NCBI GenBank assembly: GCA_000934665.2
Contig: KZ538030.1
Coordinates: 124,001-172,107 of the forward strand
From: Catajapyx aquilonaris
Taxonomy: Eukaryota
Direction of reading: 5' to 3'
Length of the DNA: 48,107 nt
Every line of letters begins with the position of its first letter. Position 1 is the first letter of the stretch. The translations under genes and the position numbers were made by a program. The notes beneath the pieces are model-generated. The model was not told the origin of the DNA and searched no databases. It saw nothing but the letters and a program-made list of their open reading frames with translations. Shown piece after piece: positions 13,001-25,000 of this stretch.

Positions 13001-16000
13001 AGGTTTTAGCATTAGTCAACTTGTGCAGTCTCAAAATAAGGCACAATGTTGCTGGAAAGGTACCCAGAAGGTACATTTAAGCGTGACGAGTATGCGTGAC
13101 GTGGTGACTTCATACGCTATATTTTTCACGTTTTTTTGCCTCATTTTGAAAGGTCACGAATCCCATAGTTCTAGGAGGTTATCTATCGAGCCAGACCTGT
13201 GATCAGAAACACCATCCATTCAGTAGTCCCTGAATTAAGTGAAGGTAAAATGCCCCGTCATGATTCCCACACGAGACCGTTCTTTATACAGGGTCCCTGC
13301 TGTAAAGTGTTTAGCTGGATTTTATGGAGTTGGCGTCGTGGAATTTGCTCCCAGGGAAGACCTTGCGGGCTCGTAAAACTATCGGCCATGAAAATTTAAC
13401 AAGCAGATGCTATGGCCACACAGGATACACGCGCATTTGTCACAACTCTGGACCTCTCCCATGGAATATACTCATTGCATACCGGTACCTCTTCAGAATG
13501 AATCGCTAAAGGTTTGTCAAACATTTACATTACCGATTGGACTACTCCAGTGACGAGATGAAGTGGCTTTAAGCAATTTGAAGATTGAACCCACTTGCAA
13601 AATCCTCCAGTTGTCGACAACTTCCCAGAAAATCTGAGCTAGTTATACCTCTCCTTTGGGGACTAAAGAACTCGTAAGTGTTGGGTTTGACTTTCTCCGC
13701 ATGCACCGTGGGCCGCACTTGGTTAATTGCATTTACAAACCTGGGGAATCCTGCGCAGGAATTGGGAGGGAAGCAACTAACTGTTTATTTTATCGAGCGA
13801 AGTAAAGGTGTATAGGGTAGTTGGGGTGAACCATGCTTAAATTATCTCTCTGGGAAAGCCCGTAGAGAGAAACCCGCAGAAAATATATGGAGGCTAAACA
13901 GTCTAGAATTCCAGATGAACGTGGCGATATGCGTAATCCGCAGGCCGAAACTTGTTTTCTACCTAAAATTATATTATTAGAGGTGGTTGGTGTGCTTGGT
14001 ACATTTGAAGTAGCTCATTATCATAACTTATTTATATCAAATATTTACTAAAATCCACTAAGACGGTTGAACATTTCGTACTTGGCTTCTTATTTTCAGG
14101 TGCATAAAGGTAGAAAATTTAAGTGAATAATTTTCAGAGGTGGATTATGCCCCTACAATATTGTGTCATTATTTATGAGCAGTGAAAAAATCCTTACAGT
14201 GCACTGTAAGGATTTTTTCACTGCCCATAAATAATGGGTGTATAGGATACGAGCAGCAAAATACTGTGTATGTATGGATGCAACGACCGAGCGAAATTAA
14301 AAATTACTGCTGCCTGTGGGAATTCCAATGGCTACTGAGGCATACGCAGAGGGAATGTCATTTAAATCCGTTTTCAACTTCTGTACACTTTGAGTAGTTT
14401 TGTGGGCCCGTGAGCAATGGCGTATGAATTCAGTTTAATATCCTGTAGCTTTATTGCTATATAATAGTTAGGGTTCAAGACACATTACAGTGCATCTGAT
14501 ATAGGCGGAGAAATATCTACATATATTAGAATCAGGAGGAATATTACAAGTCAGTAGAAATACCAAACTCTATTCAATATTCCAGGCCCATACAGAGTTT
14601 ACTGTAAGTGACACCCAGTCGATAACTCACACCATTTGTACTACCCTTCTGACCCACTCACACAAACCGTGGTATCAAATCCCTGCAGCCGATTGCACTT
14701 TTAGACCCCCCCAAAACTATCTAGTTGAGTCGGGTCGCTATAGATCAACCTGACGAGAACCGAATGCACCATAGCCCTGTTATACCCTCCAGAGACCAAC
14801 GTCAAGCTTTGAATACAAACATTTCCCTCCCTGAGACTCAGGTCAAAAACGACAATCACGTCTAAAGATACAGCATGGAAGCTGAAAAAAATTGGGTCCA
14901 ACCTCTACCATGATTTGCATCCCCCCTCCTTTTCTACAGTGTCTGCTGGTCCTCCGCATTAGACGCTCCGCAGAGTTTCGGTAGCCTGAAAATGGCGACG
15001 TGCTGAGCCTACAGAAACCTTCCAAGGCTTTTCCAAGGGACCGTTACTTTGACTGGCCATTTGCAGTTAGTCTCTTTTCAAGGAAGATCTGGTAGCTCTG
15101 AAAAGGAGCGAGGAAAGATTCTGCACCACTTCTTATCATGGGTTGGGCTAATTGCATGGGAACCGCAGCAAAAGTGATAATAAGTATGGAGAGACGTAAT
15201 GAGAACGTCATGTTGAAGTGCGGGGCCCTCAGAATCGTGTAATTTTGATAATCAGAGAAGGCTCGAGGTGATTATTATTCTCTTTGTGTCAAAGTTAGCT
15301 CTACAGTGAGGTGTGCTTGATGTGATATCATACTGTAATATTCCGTTGCCCCGAGGCGGCAGCAGGGCGGTAGGCATGTCTCCGACACATGAACTTGTAT
15401 TTATGCAGGTTTCGACGTTTAACGCAATGCGGTTGAAATTGCAGGATGATAGATGGTTGCAAAGCTTGATGTCGAAACATATCCGGGACACTGTGCTTAG
15501 GAAATTGTTTGTTTTAAAGAGGGCATGTTATGAGGTGGGGGTTTCTGGTTAGCAAATTTTATGACTAGTATATGGGAGCATAACCTTAAATCAACTGTAA
15601 CAGCCCACATTGTAACCTCAATAATAAACTCGTGGTGAGTTTTCACAGGTTTCAGCCAAGCTGATTCGTCTTAGGGTTATATGTGTTTAACTATGTATTT
15701 GTGTCAAAGTTGGTGCATAGGCTGCCAACACTTTTTCAAATAATGTTTCGCTTCCATTTTTTAACCGAATACAAAGATGCCATTGTTCGCCTACAGGCTG
15801 TATCTAGAGTGTAAACAACCGGAAACCTGCTTTGAACATTATCTGCGCGTATACAGCATTTGAAGCATTCCGACCATGCCCGTTTCAGCCTGTGTGGCTC
15901 CGAAATTTACTGAAAGGCATACCCCCTCCCCCTCCCCCCCAACTGCCTTCTGCAAGGAATTGTCGCAAAAATGTCTGCATAAACAGCTCCTTTTGTCCGC

Positions 16001-19000
16001 TCCGAGAAACTTTTCGATTACACTAAAATCCAACGTGCCGTAAAGTAAGATCTCCCTGAGATACAAAGCAGAGGAACCTGATTTGCATGTACTCTCCTTA
16101 ACAGTAGGGAAAAGAAGAAGACGATGTTATCTACCCATTCAATTAGCGCCATGAAATATTCTCCTTTTCGATTTCGAATCAGAACCACCCCCCACGAAAA
16201 GTAATCCAATTTCCACCCCCCGTAAAATACTGTGTCCCGATAAGCCTTTTCTCTGGTTTAAGGTTGAAGAGGGACGGGGGGGCGGGGGTGGGACATGGAC
16301 GCCCCCGCTATTTCGAATCAATGGAGCCCATCCTCCCAACGTCGATGTTACAGCTCCAGGCCTAGCCAGATACACAACGAGTCTGTCGCTACTGGAATTC
16401 CGCAGTCTATCTCCCCCCTCCCCCCATTGAAATGTAACGCCTGTCGATTGCAGGTTTGCACCTCGTTTTCGGCGAGGGTGTTTTGCTAAAAAATACATGT
16501 GTAGTGGAAGCTGGTGACGGCATTGGGAAGGTGACGATGTTCCCCTGAGTGCTGAGGTTTTTCATGGAGCGACAGTATGGTTTTCCGGGGTAGAGAAATT
16601 CAATGGTAGTATAGGGGGTTCTTGAAAGTAGCAGTAAAGGTTTCTTGGCAGTAGAGGCTTCATTGTGTCCTCTAGTAAAGACTTTTCACTATACACCTAC
16701 AGTAAAAATATTTAAAGACACGTATATCGGCCTCAATTAGTGTCGGCCACTTTATCCTGATCTTGAAGCAACCCTTCGCACAAGCCCCACGGTGTACCTG
16801 TCTTCAATAAGCTGTGGGACCGGAAGTAGTTGTTTTTACCGTAACTGTGGGGACTTTCACTCATCTCCCCACTTGCAGGGATGTTTACGGTCCCCACAAG
16901 AAAATTGCAGGTTTGCTTTTGCAGTCGTGCGGACACGTCCCCACAGTCCCCACAATTTCTAGTTGCAGAGTTTTAGAAAAGTCCATTTTTTTCAGCCTAG
17001 GTGACGTGTAGGGTTGGGTAGTTTAGGTAGGGTAGGGTAAGTTAGGTTAGTTTACATTAGCTTTGAAAAGTTGTATTTTTCACGTCCCCACACCTAATAG
17101 GCCACAGGGTGTGTGTGTGTGTGAAGGTTTGCTTCAAGACCAGGATAAATTGGCGGAAACTAATTGAGACCAATAGTACATGCACCCTTGATTGTTTTCA
17201 ACAAACAAGAGCCTTCTCTAATAGTGTAGGAGTCCTCACATCACTCGACACTATCGACACTACATCCTTGTGTAAGCACTTGTGCCCATTACCTCCATTA
17301 ATGCCTAATGAAAGCTACAGTACCGTAGAGGTTCCTGCCGCTCACTAATTCAATTACAAGTACTTCCGGAAATGCGTGTTCTACTTTGCATTCAGCATGA
17401 GCACTGTGTGATAGGCCCCCACTAGTTTTAATCACATATCCAAATTGTTCTGGGAGTTGGAACATGTAAGATGGGAATCCAGTTTCGAAAGATAGGCTTG
17501 GACGTGGCAAAATCAACCGGAGTCTGTCAGATTTTTTGGGGGGCTTTTTTTTGGAGGGCGAACTGGGTCGCCCTACATACGCAGTACGAATTTATAGTAG
17601 GATCCAATAGCCTGGGGTTTATGGGCAATCTCTCCTGTTATACAGAGAAGGCCCCCTTTTTATTGGGTGTTTCTGTAGGGGGGGGATTTATCGTGGAAGA
17701 GTGGGTCTCTTTTCCCAAACAGATCGCATTTCGGCCTGTGTTTACTTGACCCGGTTGTTTGGGGGATTCTAACAAGGGCCTGGAGTTATTGAGTGAAATA
17801 ATAGCATATTAGCAAACCGCGGTGGTTTTGATTCACTTGCACCTGAGTGCGGGCATGAAATAACCGTTTCATGGCGGTTCAATTTTCTAAATAGTTCTCT
17901 GGACGCGGCCGATACTTGTTTTTTATTCCGCTCTAAAACCAGAGTTACGAGGCTGGTCCGTCCCCAGCTTTTTCAGGGCCTTTGATTGGTTGAAAGCTGG
18001 GTGAAGTCAGGACTTTCAACGTTCATCTGGGTTCGTTTTGTGTGAGGACCTTGCACTTTCTGAAGTGCGAATTGATTTACTGTAAACTAAATTTTTAACG
18101 TAGTTGTTATAGAGGCAATATTATGAACACATTATAGTGAATACATATCGATACATAATCGATGTTTTTCATCTATTGTGTCGTTGGATTTTTTTTTTTT
18201 TTGAAGCATGGAATTACGCCAATTGAGGTGTAAAGGTTAAGAGTAGACACAAAACCGCTCTCAAAATATGGTATTATTTTACTTGTTTTCAGGATGTCAG
18301 TTATAAGTGTGTAATTTGGGTTAATTTTAAATATTAGTGAAATATTGGCTACATACAAATAATTTTGGAAAGGAATTGCCATCTAGGTAAGAATAAATCA
18401 AATTTTTGCACCGTATTCAAATGACAGATTTTCGAAATTCCCGAATTGTTAGGAAAAATCATCTTATCCGCTCTGTAATCAGTTACTCGTGTTAACATAA
18501 GTTAAAATGCAAAACATTCATCAGCTACATCATCTAGAAAAAGTGTTCAGGCGGAAAAACCCATGCTTTGCTCTCCATTCATTCCCTCAAATTAATGCTC
18601 GAATAAAGAATCATGCGTATTACGCACATGTGGGCTGGGCATGTAATACCGGTTACAGTGCACTCTTTTTTTTTTAAACTTTAGGCCCGCATTTAGGCCA
18701 TTCAGTTCTGCCTATGCACAACCCACAGCCAGCTAACGTCCCCACCACACACTGTCAAAAATTGGAGCTCGTTGTCTTCCAATGACATCAGCCATTAGAG
18801 TAGGGTTCAACAGCCGGAAACGTGATTTCGCAATAAGTTAAATAGAACCTCGCGTGAGCACAAATCACATGCACGTTATCAGCTAGGAGTACAAGGTGTT
18901 TCATCAGGAGACCCACTATATTATTATACGAGTTCGCAGGGGGTCGAATTTTAAATTTTTTAATGTCCGGTGCAAATTTTCCATCCCATATGAAATCTGG

Positions 19001-22000
19001 AGTGCCAATTACTTACTTGGATTGCTTAATTTTTAATTACTGTGTTAATAAGCAGGACCAAATTGCACCTTTGGATCCGAATATTTCGCAGGGGACCCGT
19101 TCTTCGCACGGGGATTGATAAGGGGAAGGTAGAAGCGCCATCTATGGTGGGAGTAAAATTTCAGCAGATGTATACCAAACGTTAAGAAAATCCTACATTT
19201 CGGGCATTTAGACTCAAAAAATTGGGGTTTTCCGGCGTTTTCCTCAAACAGTGGCACGTGTGTGCCAAGTTTCAGGCCTCTCAGAGGTGTGGAAGTGTGT
19301 TTGATAGCCGAGACGTACAGACAAACTTTGTACTTTATGTATGTCACAGACAGCGTGGTAATTACCATATAACTTATAGAATTTGCTTCTATGTCCGCAG
19401 TGAGTCATCAGTAGTGTGCGCCATATATGTGAGGGGCATTGTACTACTTTGACAGTATGGAGGTTATTAAACATCCTGTACTAAAATCCGGGTCGAACTT
19501 TTCATTAACGAGACCTAGTTCCGGTTGATGCCCCGTCATATTCGGGGAGTGGGGGTGGGCTATGATGATCCCCCGGAATCGCGTCTCATCCGGACCCAAA
19601 CCAGTCTGGTCTACTAGTCCTATGGAGTCAACGCCCTTTCAGTACTAGAGAGGTATAGAGAGGGTTGGGGGGGATGGTGTGGTGTGGGGGGGATCGATTC
19701 CGGGGAAAGTACTTTCCGGGCCTGCGTTGCTCTCCGGGAATGCAACCCCACCCACTCCCCACCCACTGCCGAAGCTCCTTTTCCGCAACCGCCAGAGGGA
19801 CTGGTTTGTTCGGATAGGACATAGGCGATACTTTGTCTTAACTCCTTTTGTCTGGCGATTTTTTTTTCCGCAAGGAATGAATGACGGTTGTGTATTTTTA
19901 TAGCAGAACTGCTTCTTTTTAAGAAGAAAAAGATCAAAAGCGTTTTTTTTGTTTTTTTTGGAGCGCATTAAAGTTAAGTCGATGAGAAAAGGTATTACGA
20001 GCCGGTCTCTTGTGTGCGATTAAGTTGTGAAAAAAATCTAATTTTAGGACGGTTCGGTGTTGCGAAAATGATTTTTTTTTTATATCCCACGTTAAAGCTT
20101 ATACAGAATATTTTAACCGACGGTGAAGAGCTTACTGTAGTTTAAGTGTGAATCCTTATATTCATTAACAATGAGGCAGGATAACTAAGAGAGTAACATT
20201 GTTGTGAATTACAAGGTTTTTCGGATCAGGATGAGTTTGATTGTTATGTTTCATCGTTGCATGATTTTCGCTTATTTGCACACCTGAAGAGCATGCTTTA
20301 CTTACATGTTTTGCNNNNNNNNNNNNNNNCCCCCCCCCCCCCCCACAAATGAATGGCACATGTTGACATGTACACAGCATTGCATCCCCTGTACTGTGTT
20401 GGCTTTCTCGCTTTGTTCAATTCAGCTCCAACAATGACTCATACTGCGCTGTTGGAATTTTTGCAGAAAGGTGGACAGGAAAACGCTGTGAGCAACAAAA
20501 GGCCTTGGGGGGTGAACATTCAATTTGTCATGTGCTTTTCCCCCCCGCTTGCATTTCAGAATTTTTAAACAGTGGTTGCGCCATTTTGTACTTGCGAAAA
20601 GAGTATGCTTACTTGTGTGCTTGCTCGAGGTCTCAGCTTCAAACGCTTGATTTATTTAATAAGGAGGAACTACATGGTGTAAGATACAGTATGTCAAAAA
20701 ATATTCGGGGATACAGCCTACGACACTATCATCACCTAGGTAACTCCATCTAGTGAGTTACGACTCCAATGTTTTGAATCTGAATGGTGTTGTGCGGAGG
20801 GACGCGTATCTGCCAGGATATGTTACACCATTTTGTAACTAAGCTTTGTAACACCCTGTATATGACACGTTACAATACTAGACAAGAACTAATAACGTGG
20901 ATGGGAAACACAAAAAAATGAATCCCATTAACAGCCCCATTGGAGCTTCTACCGGTCTGAATAGATATTAATCAAAGATGTCCGACCTTGTGGGCGTGCC
21001 CTAAATATAATTCAATCTTTCCATTCCCATTGCGTATACACTCAATTTCTCTAAGTGACAGCTTGGGATGGATGACTTCTTGCTTGGTCTATTCAATTCC
21101 CTAGAAACGTTTACTCCCAGAAACAAGAAGTTCGTGCAACTATGGTTTCATTTCGTCCTATTTTCTACAGGGATCTATTCAAATTGCATATTCCCTCTCC
21201 GCTTGCTTTTGCCGAGTAGGTTATATGATGTCGAAATGTGCTGAGGCTGACTAACAATGCGACCCACAGCAGCAGTCATGAGTAATGAATAAAAGACTGG
21301 GGCCTCCCCTAGAAAGGATGTTGCAGGCGTATTGAGCGTGTCTCGAGGCGGGTCATCTGAAAATCAAATGGACCCGAGAGGTCACGGGAAGTGTGTACAG
21401 CAGGATGTGAAGCTCCATGCATGTTCCGGAATATTGTTGACCAGAAAGAGCGACAATTAAGTGTGGCTTCTAATTAAGCACTCACACTAGATTGACAATA
21501 AGCAGAGAGCAAAATGGAAAGTGGGTTTTTTAAAGCTTTTTAAACATTATAAATATTTGCAATTAAATTTTCCAAGAATGATCCGGGCTCATTGGTATAT
21601 GACGGCATAAAAGGCGATGGCAATTTCGATTCTGCATATTTTTATGCGCCCATTTAACTGCGGAGGCTTACGTTCCTCTTTAATGACCGCCTATCCTATG
21701 TCCAAGTGCGTTGTTTTGTCGGACTATTATCGCAAAATCTGGACAATAAAAAATCTACCGCGGATGATTTCGGATTGAGGATGATGCCATGGGACATTTG
21801 GGCATCGTCTTTAAGTCGGGACAGGAGGTAGAGGGGGGGGGGAGGGTTAGACGAATCGATCCTGAGTCCGGGAGAGACACATGATGTCTGCAGATAATTG
21901 GCGGGTTTGAGAACTAGGCGATGCTGAGCCACAAGGCAATTTCTCTTTTCGGATTAGCCGAATTGCAATGTTTTCTAAAAATGACTATATACCTGCGGTG

Positions 22001-25000
22001 TAATCCTGGTTTTAAACGCCGGGTGATTCTCGGAGAGTGATGCGTCTAGATTGGTGTCATGTGCTGTCACGGAAAACATGCGAAGTTGCGTTGTCAGCTT
22101 GAATTGAGTAACTTGATGCAGACACGTGTAATGCAGGCTTGTCATCACTTCAGATGATACATGCAGGTACATGCCTTTTAGTTAGCACTTAAAGTCGGAA
22201 TGAATCAATTTGATGCGCATATGTAAATTTTTAACAAAGCTCATACGTGAAACATATGCAATATTGATGCTGGTTTGTGCCAAAAATACGTCTTTCTGTA
22301 AGAAATCAAGTAAGGCTGTCAGTTCAATTCAGGCTTAATATTTTCTCACTCAAACTAATTAAGATTCGGTTCAGTGCCTTTATACTACAACACAACGCCA
22401 AAAGACAAACGCAGTAGTTGAAAATCCCTTGGCAAATCCATTTGTAGTCTACGGTATGAAATAATTATGCATCAAAATGCATGTTTACCTACAGCACATT
22501 CACCAGTCATGAGGATATACAACAAAAAAATGCCTCCATTATGAACTAATGTGCTCGACGCAGGCAACATTGCGCTATAACGATGCATTTGTTGTTTCCG
22601 AGTACACTACACGTTTTGTAATTTTGAAGCCTGGATATTTAGGGCTCCCAGAAAATACTATATGTAATTTTTGAAACAATTAAAATAATGGGGAACGAGC
22701 ATTAACTATATTGCTTGGATGTTCATGTGGCTCTCTGGAAATTATATTTAGCAGCATTTGGAAGAGGAAGGGAGTGGTTGTTTTAAAACGTCAAAATAGT
22801 TGTAACACTACGTAGACACACAAAAAAGTGAGAAAACAATTTTACTATTTCAACATAATAACAAGTGAAGTGTAAATTAAATTGTAATTTCCAAATTGTC
22901 TACTAATAATAATTATTTGCATTATCTGCTTTTTTGCTATATGATTGTCCATACTTGCCATTCATTTCTCTGAAACATACGTCTATCTGAGTTGCTAATC
23001 GAGTTACAAAAAATAGTTCCCTTATATTACTAAACGACCTTTATACCTCGACATAATTACTTCATTAATCACAAAATAGTGCAAGTGGCCCAAATAATTA
23101 CTTCAAAATAGAGATTGGACCCTCCCCAGTATTGATCTCAAGCCTATAATCCAGGCAATTTGCTAATTCCACTCTCAATGTTTTGCCAAAACACTAAAAT
23201 CCAGCCTGACAGCCTAATTGTCAAAATCGCAAGTGGATTAACGCCCCTTTTCGACGTCAAATCCGGCGTCTCATCATGACAAAACTTCGCGACAAAAAAA
23301 AACAAGGCCGTTGCTCCAGCGACTTTTCCACACAATTGTCTTTCAAGACGATGAATGATAGACCCTACGACAACAACAAAAATTGGCGGATATTTTTTTT
23401 TTAAAGGGGGATTGGTAATGGATAGGCGTTGATTCTGCCTTTTTCAGTCGGAAGAACGCAGCCGAGCCCGCAATCTTCCGTCCCGTCGAAGCAGGTCCGA
23501 AGGCCCACCCAGCAGAGCCTTACCTCTTCAGTCAGAGTACCGCTTACAATTTGGGTGGGTGGGAAGGACCGCTACCTCCCAGGCTTGGCCAGGACGGCCT
23601 CAAGCCGCGAAAACCAGGGTAGGACACTCTTTTAACAAGCAAACGTTTTATAACCCCCGAATGGTGTGTTTTTCCCGATATGTGTGTTTATACAGAGAGA
23701 AAGAGAGATAAATGTGAATCACACGGCTCAAAAGTTGCGACAATAGAAGGATGTAAATGCCATAGGTTCTAAATGCCAAAAAAAAAAATCTTGAAAAGGC
23801 CATCTACCTTCAGTACCACGAATGAATTTGTTGAGCCTCCTGCAAGGGACTAGGCAGGGCACGCAGAATGTCAATTTCTAATTTTTTGTCACTTAGAGCC
23901 TATGGAATTTCTACTCGTCAATTGTTACGCAATAATTCAACAATGATTATAACGATTGCGACTAGTCTATTCAACAAATTATAGCAAATTATAGTCTTTT
24001 GTGTCGTGTGTGTGTGTGGCTCTAGAGTGGGTGTGTGCGAGAGACTTATCTCGATGTCTTTTTTACGAAATGCTGTGCTGCTTAGTTTTTTTTGGGAATG
24101 ATTTATCAACACCTGTTTTTTTTTGGCACACTGCGTAACATCAACCTGCGTCGAGGGTTTCCAGTGGTTTTTTCACCTGTAGATATGTAGCTGTTCTTAC
24201 TTGGCATGTTCAGATTGAACGAATTTTCAGTGTTTTGTTTCGTGTATTAGCAGAGTACTTAGTTTCTCAATTTATTCATTTCCTTCCCGATTGTCACCAC
24301 TACGTATCAATTTGCCAGGGTCTCCAAGGGAATAGTCCTAGAGTGTTTCTGTTCTAAAGACCTCATTTTAGGACCAGACTTGTTCAGAAACTGTCTTTCA
24401 ATTCGGTCATTGCCTTTTCTAAAAGGGTACTTGTCCGACTACTTGCACTGACGCGTCTCACTGGAAGTGGAGAGCCTGCCCGAATTCTCATTGGCTCTCC
24501 GTTTCTGTACGGGAATTTCCCGCCCGTCTTTTCCTCTCCTTCAAAAAGCATCAAAAGTAATCTATCACTCTTTGAAATCCTCTGCCTTTATGAGCATATT
24601 GTGCAAGTAGGCCGATTTGTTGACATTGGAAGGGAAAAAAACTGGTTTTTTGATAAGTGGCTTTTAGCCTGAAAAGAAGGCTGAACGTCACTATATATAG
24701 TGGAGAATATGACAGAGAATAAGTGTTAGATGTCAACTCGATGAGTGAAAGGGATGTAGGTGATGCCAAGTAAGAATGTAAATGTCGTAGCTTGATTTTT
24801 ATATGAACGCGCATCCTGACGACGCAGCCAGTCTTGGAATTACAGTGTTTTTGTGATGCAGGGTTCGGGCCAAAGAATAAAAATACTGTGCGCAATTCCA
24901 AGACTCGCTACGTCGTGAGGATGCGCACAGTTCATTATAAAAATTCTGCTTAGTTTGTAGGTGTGTAGTATACGTACTCTTGAAGGATTGTCGATTTTCT

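Noticed and set aside
19544..19766. G/C-rich imperfect inverted motifs (ccccggaatcg / cgattccgggg)
   Set aside because: Pairing is patchy and no element boundaries can be defined
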